From contig CM120641.1 of NCBI GenBank assembly GCA_051362555.1, positions 43,344,401-43,408,400 on the forward strand: a stretch of 64,000 bases of DNA, written 5' to 3'. Within the stretch, counting starts at the first letter, position 1. The number at the start of each line of letters is the position of its first letter. Of the stretch, positions 52,072 to 64,000 are shown one piece after another. Source of the DNA: Lingula anatina. Its lineage: Eukaryota; Animalia; Brachiopoda. Position numbers and translations under genes: made by a program. The notes under the pieces were generated by a model. The model had not been told where the DNA came from. It did not search any database and saw nothing but the letters and a program-made list of their open reading frames with translations.

Positions 52072-52873
52072 TCTCATATTTTAACTCCTTGCTTTTATTT
52101 TCATCTTCCGGGTTTACATCATGATAAGCAAGTAGCACAATACAGAATCAATTTTCTAGGCAACTGAGAATAATTTCCTTAACAGACCTCTCTTAATTGA
52201 ATTTACACTGTGCCAAACATTACATCACTACTGAATTTTGTCAAAGTGAGAGCTCATGGGACTTTTGTCTTAAAAATCTGTCTCATTTTTAAAAGGACCT
52301 ATGCTTATATCTTTGAGGCATGTTTCTTAAAATTAACAAAACTGCTTCCTCTTTTATAAATGGCACTTAATGTGGAATGTACAAAGAATATACAAAAACC
52401 ATTTAGATGTTTTAAGCCAAGTGAAGAAAAAGCCATGACCCAGACATAATAGCACCTGTGGTGGCAATTAGCCTCAGTTTGCAAAATGTGTGGACATTAG
52501 AATTATGGTGGTTAATTCTATTATCTGCTTGGCTGTGCTGCAGGTAAAAAGCTGTTAATACCATATATCTAAAGGCTCTTTTTTTATTTTAATTGGAAGT
52601 CAAAACAGATAATTGCTAGCAATGCCAGGTAAGATTCTTTGTTTCAATATGCACAAAATTCCGGGGGCTTTTCCTACAATGGAGACAATTCCAGCCAATT
52701 ACAATCTGACAGCATACTAATTTTTTTAATAAATGAATAACTTTTAAATCAATTAAGAATTGGTTAAAAACAATTAACTTCCTTTCATTTTTGGACCGTA
52801 TTAAAATTTTACAATTCGCTTCCAATAAACCTTTCATGTGCCAACACATGCCAAAAAAATATAATAAAATAAC

Positions 52874-53075
52874 CCTCGCACTTTGTCACAGAACCTTAAG
52901 TTAGTCTTAACTTTTAGATCAAAATGTTAGTCTACCTTGACTTCAAATATATCAGCAGTCATCAGACATACCTGACTACCTACTTCATATTTATCCAGAA
53001 TGGAAGTAGACTAAAATTTTGGTCTAAAAGTTAAGACCTACTTTTGATCTCAAGTTCTTTTGCAGAAAAGGCCCT
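52874..53075. mobile_element. Degenerate palindromic MITE
   Basis: GTCTTAACTTTTAGATCAAAATGTTAGTCTAC (about 52904) is inverted at about 53006-53037. The outer ends are approximate. Confidence 0.65.
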
Positions 53076-54076
53076 TGCACTATGGGACAATCACACCAAA
53101 CCAGAGTGAGACCATAGATCTATGATGTGAAAGTATGTAAATACTCACTGATCAATCTTCTCTCCTGGTGTTGCCAGTCTGGCACAAGGATCAATTCTTT
53201 CTGATTATAAATAGTTTTAATAACAGAGTGAAGACTGATCAAATCAAAAGCCTGCACAACCACAGGGCAGTGGCACCAGATAACAATGGAGTCATCAAGG
53301 TACTTAAATCATACATAATAAATGGCGATGAGCTGATGAATTACATCACCGTCCATACACCTGATTTGCTTAAGAGTGCATCGAAGTCATCAATTTAGCT
53401 CATCATGAAGATATTGCCAGATTCACACAAGACCCAGTTGAGCACAGTGGCCATTTCAGAATCTATGCTTAAATATATATGATACACGTTATCCATCATC
53501 ACTTCCACCATCATTTTTAAGGAGTTTTTTTTATAATTAATACTATAAAGTTATATATTTGAGATATGTAGTCTGTTGCCAACACTGGTAATTAAAGATA
53601 TGCACCAGAAAAAAATATAAAGAAATGACCTAAATTACCAATGCTTCAAAAAATGGGAGAAAAAATCAACTAAGTTTACCATTCAGGAACTTTGCTTCGA
53701 TTATGAAAGTTGACTACAACAGCAGATTTCTTTATCATGACACTGACCCATTGGGAATACATACATTATCATGGCTCCAGGTGCAAAGGTAATTGGGATC
53801 ATGTGAATTCCCCCATGGGTGGACTAAGTACATCTGTGAGCAGCCTTATCCATCAATGTATGAGTGAACTGTTAAACAATGTATTCATTAGTGTTCCGCC
53901 ACATGTCCATGCCAGTTTCAACCCATTCAGTAGTAGAGTATTGCGTTTAGATATTCTGGATGGTCTTACATTACTGATTCAAAGATGCCAATTCTAATGA
54001 ATTTATGCATATATACTACATGAAACTATTCTATTAAGTATCAATTGTGTTTTCTGGCGTTATCCTATGAACAACA

Positions 54077-54086
54077 AACACACACA

Positions 54087-54128
<42 letters not shown>
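54077..54128. repeat. (CA)n microsatellite
   Basis: Directly visible. Confidence 0.95.
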
Positions 54129-54129
<1 letters not shown>

Positions 54130-57100
54130 CTATGGGATTTGTGTACTGTAATGCTGGCAACCCTGTTAATGGCACTGATGTTCACAGAATGATGGATTCT
54201 AAACTTGTCAAGCTATTTTTAATACGGTATTTAAAAGTCAGAGTAATAGAACTAACACAGTATTTACACTTCCCTGTCAACCACACCAGCACATCTACAT
54301 CTCAGGTACAAACTTTATAAGAATCTATAAATAGTTCCACAGTAGTCAAACTGACTCCAGTTTTCTATTTGAAGGTTTCACCTGAACTCCAGTATCTTCA
54401 CAGGTGCTAGGGACTAGGTTTGGATCGTTTCCCCCCTTCTCACAGATGACTGGCTTGGGTTACTGGTGTCAAACTTATCAATAAGGAGGAAAAGAAGATG
54501 AGAAGAACAACACAATACATATTTACTATATAAGAGATACTATCTAACATTAGCAGTGGGAGATATATTCAAAGAGGCATCAAACCACAAACACAAACAC
54601 ACATGCACTCACGCACACATATGCAAACGCACCATCCTGTCCCTACAGGTGTTGCCTACATGAGGTAATACAGTCAGTCTACACATTTGCTGATTTTCAA
54701 AACACACATTACATCATCTGTGCACAGCTAACCATACCTGAGGCTACTGCCTGTGGTACTCATTTCCCTTATTCCTCACCACCCTCATCTGGGATCACTT
54801 TAAAATAAGATTTCTTTTATCCAAAAACCGAATCAGAAAATTGAACTAAATAAAAGCAGAGAAAAAAATTATCTTGTACAAATTACATCACATAAGAAGT
54901 TCATTTGTAAACTCCATCCCTATAGCTTTGACTAATTACACTACATTACAAACAATATGGCATGTTCTTTTTAGCCAGGCATAAAACATTACCCTTCTGT
55001 TTTTAGATCTTCTGTCAGCTAAGTCCTTTTATACAAGCAGATTCTCTGATGGAAAAACTCCGGACTCTCGACTCTCGCTTCAGCCATTGAACATCTGTCT
55101 ACCAGTCAGGACATATAGTGGATATAGGAGCTCTGATGAATCATTTTAGGTGGAAGCAGTTGTGATGGGTGGTTGAAGGGTGGGGGGTGGGGGGTGGAGG
55201 GGGGAGTAAGAGAATGACCATTTTTAAAATTAATAAGAAGAGGGGGGAAAAGGGGTTAAATATCCAGATGCTAAACATGTGGTTCGTCCTTTCAGAAGAG
55301 AGATTTTCATAGCTCTTTCAAGCTTTAGCCTGATATTTGTACAATACTAAACAAGGGTACCTGATACCTGACTCTGAGAGATTCATGTTACAATACTATA
55401 CATAACATTAAAAGGATTTATCCAAATGTCTTCAAGTCTCATGAATCATCCGATCTGATGTTTTGACTTACTCAGTTTTAGTATTGTACTATATTTCTAC
55501 TAAAACCATGTATGAAAACTAAGGCAGATATTTAGTGCTGTTCAAACTTTAAACTCCATTTTCCAGGCTATACATATAAATATGAAACATAAAACAAATA
55601 AAAGACAATAAAAGTACATACCCCTTTACAGTATATGACCAAGTGAGAGAAACACAGATCCAGATATATCCAGCAACTCACCTCCTTTCAGTCATAAATA
55701 ACAAGCACATGAAACAACAATGCCTTCCACACCCCCAAGATTTCACCCTGCTTATCCCAGCAAAGTTAAGAATGATCAGGACTAAATGGATCCATACAGA
55801 CAAGGCAAGAATTCAAAAATTTGACTGATCTTGTTTTATCAAGGCTTTCAGGCTTTCAACCCAGACTTAACCTTCCTCCTCTCATTTTTATTCCTTTTTT
55901 TTTTTTACAAAGTTTTGTTCTTTTATTAAAAAAAAACAGAAATCAGACTGAAGCAGAACTGGAAAATGAACCCCTCAGGACTTGACACTCTGGGTACAGT
56001 GAGATTGCTCTATCTCAGCACGAGAAGACGAGGAATTGGTTAACCAAACATGCTATGTGGTTACCACGGTGATAACTGATATGAGAAAGAGAAAACATTT
56101 TTATATCATATTTGCACATTATCTATTCAAGGGACATTAAAATTCACAAAACCAGAATTATGACTGGAAACCATTACTAGTAATTTGTCCAAAACATCCA
56201 AATGTATATACTAAACTGACTGGATTAAAACTTAATTTTTCATTTGAAGGGAACAAATTGGTCAGAATAAAAAATTTACCTGGTTCAGGAAACCATAGCA
56301 ATGGCTTAGCTATGAAAGAACCCTTGATGCAATAAATGCCAGAAAGAGAAAAGCTGAAATTCTTTGAGATCACACGAAACACATTCATCACGACAACATG
56401 ACACTGATGTTATTGATAACAGAATCAGGGGAACTTATACTGAATGGCAAACTTTGCATCAGGCATTTAGAAGCAAATGCCATTTACTGTCTGGTCATGC
56501 ATCAGGTTTGCAAAATGACAGAAACAATTGCCAATTTCTAACAACATCAGACAAAACTCTTGTGACAGATCAATGATCTCCCACTGAAGCCAAGTATCTA
56601 ATCATCTCAAAACAAATTTATCAAAGAAAGAAATGAGTTCATTTATATTCAGTAAGCTGGGTATTATCACTCTTTCTTCTGTTGTAATGCCATATTCTCA
56701 TGCACTTGGCTGCCAAGTGAGCAGGAAAATTTTACGAGTGTCTTCAGCTGACAGCATTCAACTCCTGTAGCAACCATCCCCTTAATCTCTTCTTTACTTT
56801 AAGGAAACGGCCTTCTCTCTCTCTCTGTGTGTGTGTGTGTATGTGTGTTTATAGGCAGAGATTCACAAACATAACTTTAAAAAATAACAGAACCTTACCT
56901 GAACTGAGAGGAAACTGTCTGTCCTCTGAGATTCAATTCTTGTTTATAAGTGAATTGCAGCATAAACTGCAAGCCTAGACTTGATGACTAAAAAAATTGT
57001 TCCTCTGAACAGAACATGATTTGATCACACTTACGAAAGTGGAAGTATTGCAAAACTGCAAAATGACCTCATATCAGCAAAATGAGAAATGCTGAGCAAT

Positions 57101-60100
57101 GCTTCTTGCACAGAGCAAGCAATATCTTAACGCTAAGACCTCACGATATGGCAGCACTTGTTGGAATGCCAGTCCACCAACCATCTTTGGCATTCAATCC
57201 TTTTAAACCTGTACCCATTCACTCATCTAGAACATTTTATGTCGAGAAAAATAGTTCACAGGTAGGTCAAATGCATATAGTGGATATAGGTAGCCGTAGA
57301 AAGACACAATGACATACATGGATAGCTTTCTCTCAACTATCTCAGGATAAATTTAGCAGCAAAACTGACATGGACCGTCTAAGCTAGACTCCGTTTGCAG
57401 TGCTATAAATTTATATCAACAAAAACATACATATCAACAAAAACAGATATGGGAACAAGGCTGTGATTAAGAGGAAAACCCTGGCCTTATCTTCACCTTA
57501 CCTGTATTTCTCCAGTTTTTGACAATTTTCAAAGTACAGTTTTTATTATTAACATAAATTGCTGATAAATGAGGAAATCCCCCATCAGAGGAAATTCCCC
57601 ATTCCTATAAAAGGACCAAATTTACACAGGAATGTGTCTTAGCATAGTAAGAACACAATTTAGCAGGTTAATCAATTCCCCAAATCTGTAGAGCCACTGG
57701 CACACATGGAAATAATGGGGTTCATTTTACTGCTAACCAAAACTGCACTCAATGCCTTATCAAAACCCAGCCAAATTACAAAAAAAAAAATCAGCACCAA
57801 AATTGAGTTAATCTAACCTTCAACCAGACAACTAAATACTAGCCAAGATATCACAGGGGTTATATACAGGCTGTGACTACTAAACAGCTGCCTTTATCTC
57901 CCTTCCTGCAATAGCACAGATAGGGTACAAAAGCCCCAACTACACAACCAAGCAAGGGCTAGGATACAGGAAATCAAGGAGGGAGGTAGTGTTATACCTC
58001 ACATCAATACACCTTATAGATGACAACCAGGGGTATAGTATCACCTTATACATTTCTGTCTGTGTTGCTGCTGTGTGTTATTGAACCTTTAAACATTTGG
58101 GCATACTGAAGGTGAAAGATGCACCCACCAGAAAGACAATTTCAAAAAGAGATGATAAAGAGATGATTCTGATAGAAAAGGATGATAAAATAAGTTGAAA
58201 AAAAAAAGAAAGAAAGAAAGAAAGCCCCCCCCCCCCTCTACCCCATACAATCCCCTACTCACCTGCAATCTTCTCAATCCAGGATGACTCAGTATTACTG
58301 TGAACATCAACAGCTTATTAACCTTAAAACATATAGATCTAAATTTACAGTTATAAACACCTATTTTACAGTATCAACTGCCTGTTGATTATATTTCTAA
58401 TTTATTAATGAAGTAATGTGTTCATATACTTGACCTGATAGAAAAACACAAATGTTGGGATTTAGAAGATCATATCTTTGTTGATCTCTTTGCTGAATTA
58501 TAACTGCTTCAAATCGTCTTCAACCAACCATTATTTCAAATCAGGCTTGTTACGTCCACGGAACTGTAAAATCTTCAAGATAAATCCATTTTCTACATAA
58601 CTATCTTAAAAGATTACTAATACTTTTCCACTTGGGTTCATAAAAAAATTGGCATCATCTGGGATATCAAATTTCCTCGGCAAAATTGCCAATCAATTGA
58701 CTGATATTCCAACTGAACATGTTACCTTTAATAAATCACCTCAATCAAGAAGATATATCCAGTTTCTTTGCCAAGAAAAAACCCCAATCCATTGTCATGC
58801 CTACATCACTGTGCATCAATCTAATTAGGCTTAAATGTCACAAAACAATTCTTATGCAAAAATATAACCTGATGCACCCCTTGTGTAAAAAAAAGAATGA
58901 TGAAAATTTGATTAGTAAAAAAAGAAAAAAACATCACAGAATCTCCTTATAGTAAGCTGACAGTCATTTACAAAGATAGCAAAGGCATAAATGCCATTAT
59001 AAAAGTACATACATGGAAAATCATAGCAAATAGACACGGAGTGTCTTATCAGTTTTTTACTTATATTTAAGAGAAAGATTACTTTTAACACAGAGTTTGA
59101 ATATAAAATGATGCATTGGTTACATTTTGGTTTATTACTTAAAAAAACTCATCTTAATTGCATTATGTTACATAAAGTTGTGTTGATGTGCAATGTTAAA
59201 ATGTTAATTTAACAGCTACATAAATTATCATTAAATTGATATTATATTTGTATGACAAAAATAGCATTTATGAGGCATGTAAAATCTTTTTCACCAGGGG
59301 CAAATAATTTTAGTCCAGTTACACTTATACCACTCACATGCATACTTCAAGCAAATCTAATTCAAGGGAATCAATTTACCTTCATACAAGATGCTCCAGC
59401 TTACATGTTGTAAATGTATTTTTCTCTCCTTTCTCTTCTTGTCCTCCTTTGGCAAACAGTTCTGTGTAGGCAAATTGTGCTTCCTGATCAATGGTCTCTT
59501 ATCTGCAATACACCAAACAAATCATTACCAGCCACCTATTGTTTCCTGCCAATACACATAAAAAGCACCGTTGGTTTATTGATGCATTTGATCATTCCGA
59601 CATTTTCGTCTACTCTTGCATCAACTTCATTAAGCTCACAGTTGAAACCTGTGTGCATCAATAAATAATTAGGTTGAATCATTACTTCTTCTCTTCTGAT
59701 GCAGGCATTTTATTTGGCAATGCCCCGCCTTATCTTTTCTTGGCAATTATTTTTAGATAAGCCTAGAGTTGGTTCCTACAGATAAATAAGGGAAAGCAAA
59801 ATGAGTTTATTCTGAATATACATAAAGGACAAAATAAAAGTAACCAGATATAAATAACTCGTTACAATAGCGCATGTTTCAATATTTGTGTTAAATAACC
59901 AGTGGATGAAATAAGCAATAAGTAGAAAGCAAAAAGCTAAATGAAACAGAGTGCAGATTTTGAAAAGCCAAAAACATTATGGTGTCACTTGCATGGGATT
60001 TCAAATCTTGATTTTTCTTGTAAATGAATTCTTACAGTAAATATACAAATTGTTTTTCAATTAAAATTATAGTTCAACTGACAGCTAATATACCATAACA

Positions 60101-62926
60101 TCCTAATCCTCACCATATAATGCCCAATTACTCTCATCCTATCCCTTATATCAGCACTCACAGTTGTGAAACGTAGTAATAAAGTTTTCAAGGCATGTCT
60201 AGCTATTGATTATACCATTGTAGACTGCGGTGAGAAGCCAGTTGGCAGGATCTCATGGCAAAGATAGGCAATCCAATAAGGGCAGAGCAGATATATAACC
60301 TGATTACAAATCAGTAAATCAGTTGCTTAGGAATTAAAAACCATTGTGAGGGTTGTATAATATGGTTATGCAGTGGCTAGGTGATGGTAAAGTACTAGAG
60401 CACTGTGTAGTGTGACCAGGGCATTGAGATCAATATTCATCAGAAAACTTGTAAAATGCTTCATCCGCTACACATAATTAACCTTTAAAAACAAATCTGT
60501 TTTTTAAGACTTTGAAACGAGTAACACCAAAAATAGGGGGGAAAAAACATTTAACACAAACAGCTTAAATTTAGTATACTATATTATACAAACAGTTCCA
60601 GATCTAGTGTATACAAACAATTCCAGTTTTAATGTAGGCATGCATACAGCTCCAGCCCAACCTGTGTTTAGTGTAAAGCTTGGTCTACTGTGTGGGATGA
60701 CAGGAGGGAGCCTTGCTTAGGTGCTTTACATGCAGTTCACCTAAAAACTAAAAAATCTCTCTTTAAAAATATCTGCCTGTTCATAAACCTCTGCTGTTTA
60801 GGTGTATGTATCTTGTCTACAAAATAAGGATTCTTTTGTAAATCTTTGATTTCAACCAGTTGCGCCAGTATAAAAACCATTGAAGATTGCTGAGGACCCC
60901 AGAGTAAAATGATAATAGGCACATTTCAATTAATGCACATTCAATGTTACCCAATACAAACTGACAGAACATACCCAGGCACATGTTACCCCCAGGGTCC
61001 AGGGAAACAGTACACATCACCCTGCAACAAATCACTTATTCCAATATAAACTGACCTTGCTGTACATGCACCAGTCCTTTGACACATCTTTGCCTGTGGT
61101 AAGTTGTAGAGCACTAAGTTAAACAGTTTTCAATTCTTCCAAGAACCTCATTCCTGCTTGGAGTAACTTGGCTCAGGCATTATTTTAAATTCCTTCTTAT
61201 CAAAATTGTAGGATGCCAACTGGGTAACTAGGGGTCATGTATCTTAACAGCACCTCCTACGGACTATTTTCCATGTAATATTTGATTAAATTTTAAAGAA
61301 GTGTGCTTAGGTTTCTCCCCTAGAATGTGTTTTAAAAATCAAAAATGTTTGCCAACATGAAAAAAAAAAAAAAAAAAGCTTTTTTTTTCAGATAAGACTT
61401 CAGTTGTGCATTTTTGCTGCATTCTACTAGTTCCAATGGATGTTTTCCAATGAGGTTTTCCAATGATCAAAGGCTGATCTCTTTTCACAAAGGCCTATCC
61501 ACACAAAGAAGGCCCCTCTGTTCAATGACCTATATAATAGCTGATAACATGCTCTACCAATCAATATAGATAAATAGCTATCTCACATGCATGTGTGTAT
61601 TATTCAGAGAACTGACCATGCATTCACACTATTTATGAATTCAACTGCCCAGTGTAGTACAAGAAAACTTTTCATGCTTAAAATGAATCATCATAACTGC
61701 TGATTCTATTGTTCATTCTTAATGATTCTTTTCCTGCTGTTTTTTTTTTTTTTTTTCATTTTAATTTAGAAGAATACACATTTCACATTTCATTTTAAGA
61801 TCATCCATTAGTTCTTGGATTTCATCACTTTTTCCTGAAGCTCCTTCATTTTTTCTTGATAGTCATTATGTGAATAAGAATAAGTTACAAAATTACTGGA
61901 CTGGGAGGCCAAAAAGATATTTAAATCACAATGCTCATGCTATCATTGTTAAAGCTACACATCATGCCACAGAACAATGAAAAAATAAGCATCTACCTTG
62001 AATGACCTTGAAATTGACCACCAGTTGGTGCTGTATTGGTTTCAGACTGAGTCCTGGTATATCCCAAATCTTTATATAACTAAGAAGTCCGAGGGCAGTG
62101 CCTCCAGTGGGCTGTGGTCTCTACGGCAACCAGCTAACAAACATGGTCAGTGTTCCATATCACAGTGACTAACTTTACCAAGTGAGGATCGAATAATGAA
62201 ATTGATAGGGCATCGCTATCAATAAAAGGGCTCAAGAGAACACTAAAAATACTTCTTTGGGATGAAAAACAGTGGAGGCTTTCATCCTACTTCAGTAACA
62301 GAACTGGTGGGGGTGGATATGGAGTGATTGGAATGACACACTCCCTAAAAACCTAAAACCCCTCATTATTTTTATTCAAGATTTATCACCCTTATTAATA
62401 AAACTGACAAGATTAATTGCAATAAATGTACATGATAATATTATATCTAACCACATGCTGGGAATTAAATCAAAATTAAGAGAGTTTTCATATTTGCATG
62501 ACATACTTGGACTTCTTTGGACGTGGATGTCTTAAAGCACCATCAGAGTTGACCAATATTGACATTTCCTATGATATATTGCCATTTGCTTTTATAGTAA
62601 TAGCTGATCTTGAGTCCTAAGTCTTATCTCAAACTGCTAAGGAAATTGAATTGCTTTCGTGTTAAAGTGGCCATGTTAGGTATCAGCCATCATAAAACAA
62701 TCACATCAGTGTCACCCCCAACCCTCCCCATCCGACTGAGACAAAAGTGACCATTGATATTCCTCTGTAAACTACTACATGTCTCTCAATTATCAATCTT
62801 GAATAGACTATTGGTTGAATAGTAAAATTTATATAAAATTGTATGCAATAAATATTAACTTATTTTATTATTCTACTGTAACTGTTTGGTCATATCCTTT
62901 GTTTTAATGTGTAAAAACTAATATTG

Positions 62927-62927
<1 letters not shown>

Positions 62928-62973
<46 letters not shown>
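62928..62973. repeat. (ATT)n microsatellite
   Basis: Directly visible. Confidence 0.95.
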
Positions 62974-62974
<1 letters not shown>

Positions 62975-64000
62975 CACAGGCTGAGCAATTGATTATTCAA
63001 ACCTTATCACCGTAAGTCAAACTTTTTTCAAGTTAATTATTCTTAGAAAATATTAAAACATATTCTTTGTTTCAACCAAACCATGGAAATGTAAAAAAAA
63101 AATCATCCCTAATTGAAACTTGTACTCTAAATTAGTAATCATTATCTCACCACAATGTACTTAAACAGAAATTGAACCTCAACTCTAGGACCCAATACCA
63201 TAGTAACCCTAAACAAATATCTAAGAATATTGTAAATTAGTTCAATAAACAGTTCAGTCACTGAGTTTTTTTTATCAATATACGAAAAGCGTAGCTAAAG
63301 GGTGTCAGGAAATGTGTATTCTATGCCATGACAATATAAATATGTTTTAAAAACAATGCATCCATTACGTCAGAGAAATTTACGGTAATTACTGGATCTT
63401 TTCAATGGGGAAAATTATCAAATCTTTCATTTACATATATGGAGTTTTTAAAAATTATGCTCCTATGTGGCATTTGTGGTATAGAACAGAACTATAAAGT
63501 AGCCTGCTTTTCAATTTTGTTGCTACCACTCCATGGAAATGCTTTAAATTTAAGATTCTACACTATCTATAAAATTCACAATTTTCCCAACTGAAAGTTT
63601 GAGTCATTACTCTAGTTATAACTGGAAGCGCAGCAAGAAGAAAACCACCAAATGAAGCAATTTTCTTTTTACATTCTAGGAGAAGAAAGACAAGATAAGA
63701 GAGAGATCTGGAAATACATACAGACATTTCCATCATTTAATACAACAACTCAATTTTAAAAATACATCAGAACCATTAATATAAATATTATTGTATAATA
63801 AACAATCAAATGCATTAGAATTGCTATAATAAACGATATTGCACCAAAAACAATAAGAAAAATCAATACTTATTGAAACACATGGACAAAGCATCTGATC
63901 TTACCTCAGACGTTATTTCACAGAATGTATAAATCATCACAGAGAGGAAAATCTTTTTCTGCCAACCTGCAAGACTGTTCACCTGAAAAGCAAAATCAGT

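Noticed and set aside
55167-55206. G-quadruplex-capable G-run cluster
   Set aside because: Poly-G/C tracts are scattered across the window (e.g. 7886, 16142, 47141), and there is no specific context for function.
63905-63982. 78-nt exon-like segment as the signal-peptide exon of the ligand
   Set aside because: The phase-1 frame contains a stop and the open frame is not a convincing signal peptide. Kept only as a possible UTR exon.

Overview
AT-rich eukaryotic genomic DNA with GT-AG introns. The repeat content and gene families suggest an animal, probably a marine invertebrate such as a mollusc (inference). Hand splicing gives four genes. (1) and (2) are tandem 11-exon SLC23/nucleobase-ascorbate transporter paralogs on + (A 2743-9312; B 10315-15748). 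B carries one in-frame TGA where A has GGA, and a destroyed third copy of the B promoter/exon 1 lies at 1-1397. (3) is a 3-coding-exon, 665-aa acyl-CoA oxidase on + (19741-22408) with an N-terminal PTS2 nonapeptide and no PTS1. (4) is a 6-exon, 221-aa type I membrane EGFR-ligand precursor (TGF-alpha/Spitz-like) on - (40039-26038), absent from the ORF track. It has a candidate alternative exon (30788-30704) that would swap the last EGF loop and give a secreted isoform. The rest is intronic or intergenic, with LINE 3' fragments, many MITEs (some nested) and microsatellites. I found no convincing CDS in 40.1-64 kb. All alignments and translations were done by eye and no database searches were run.
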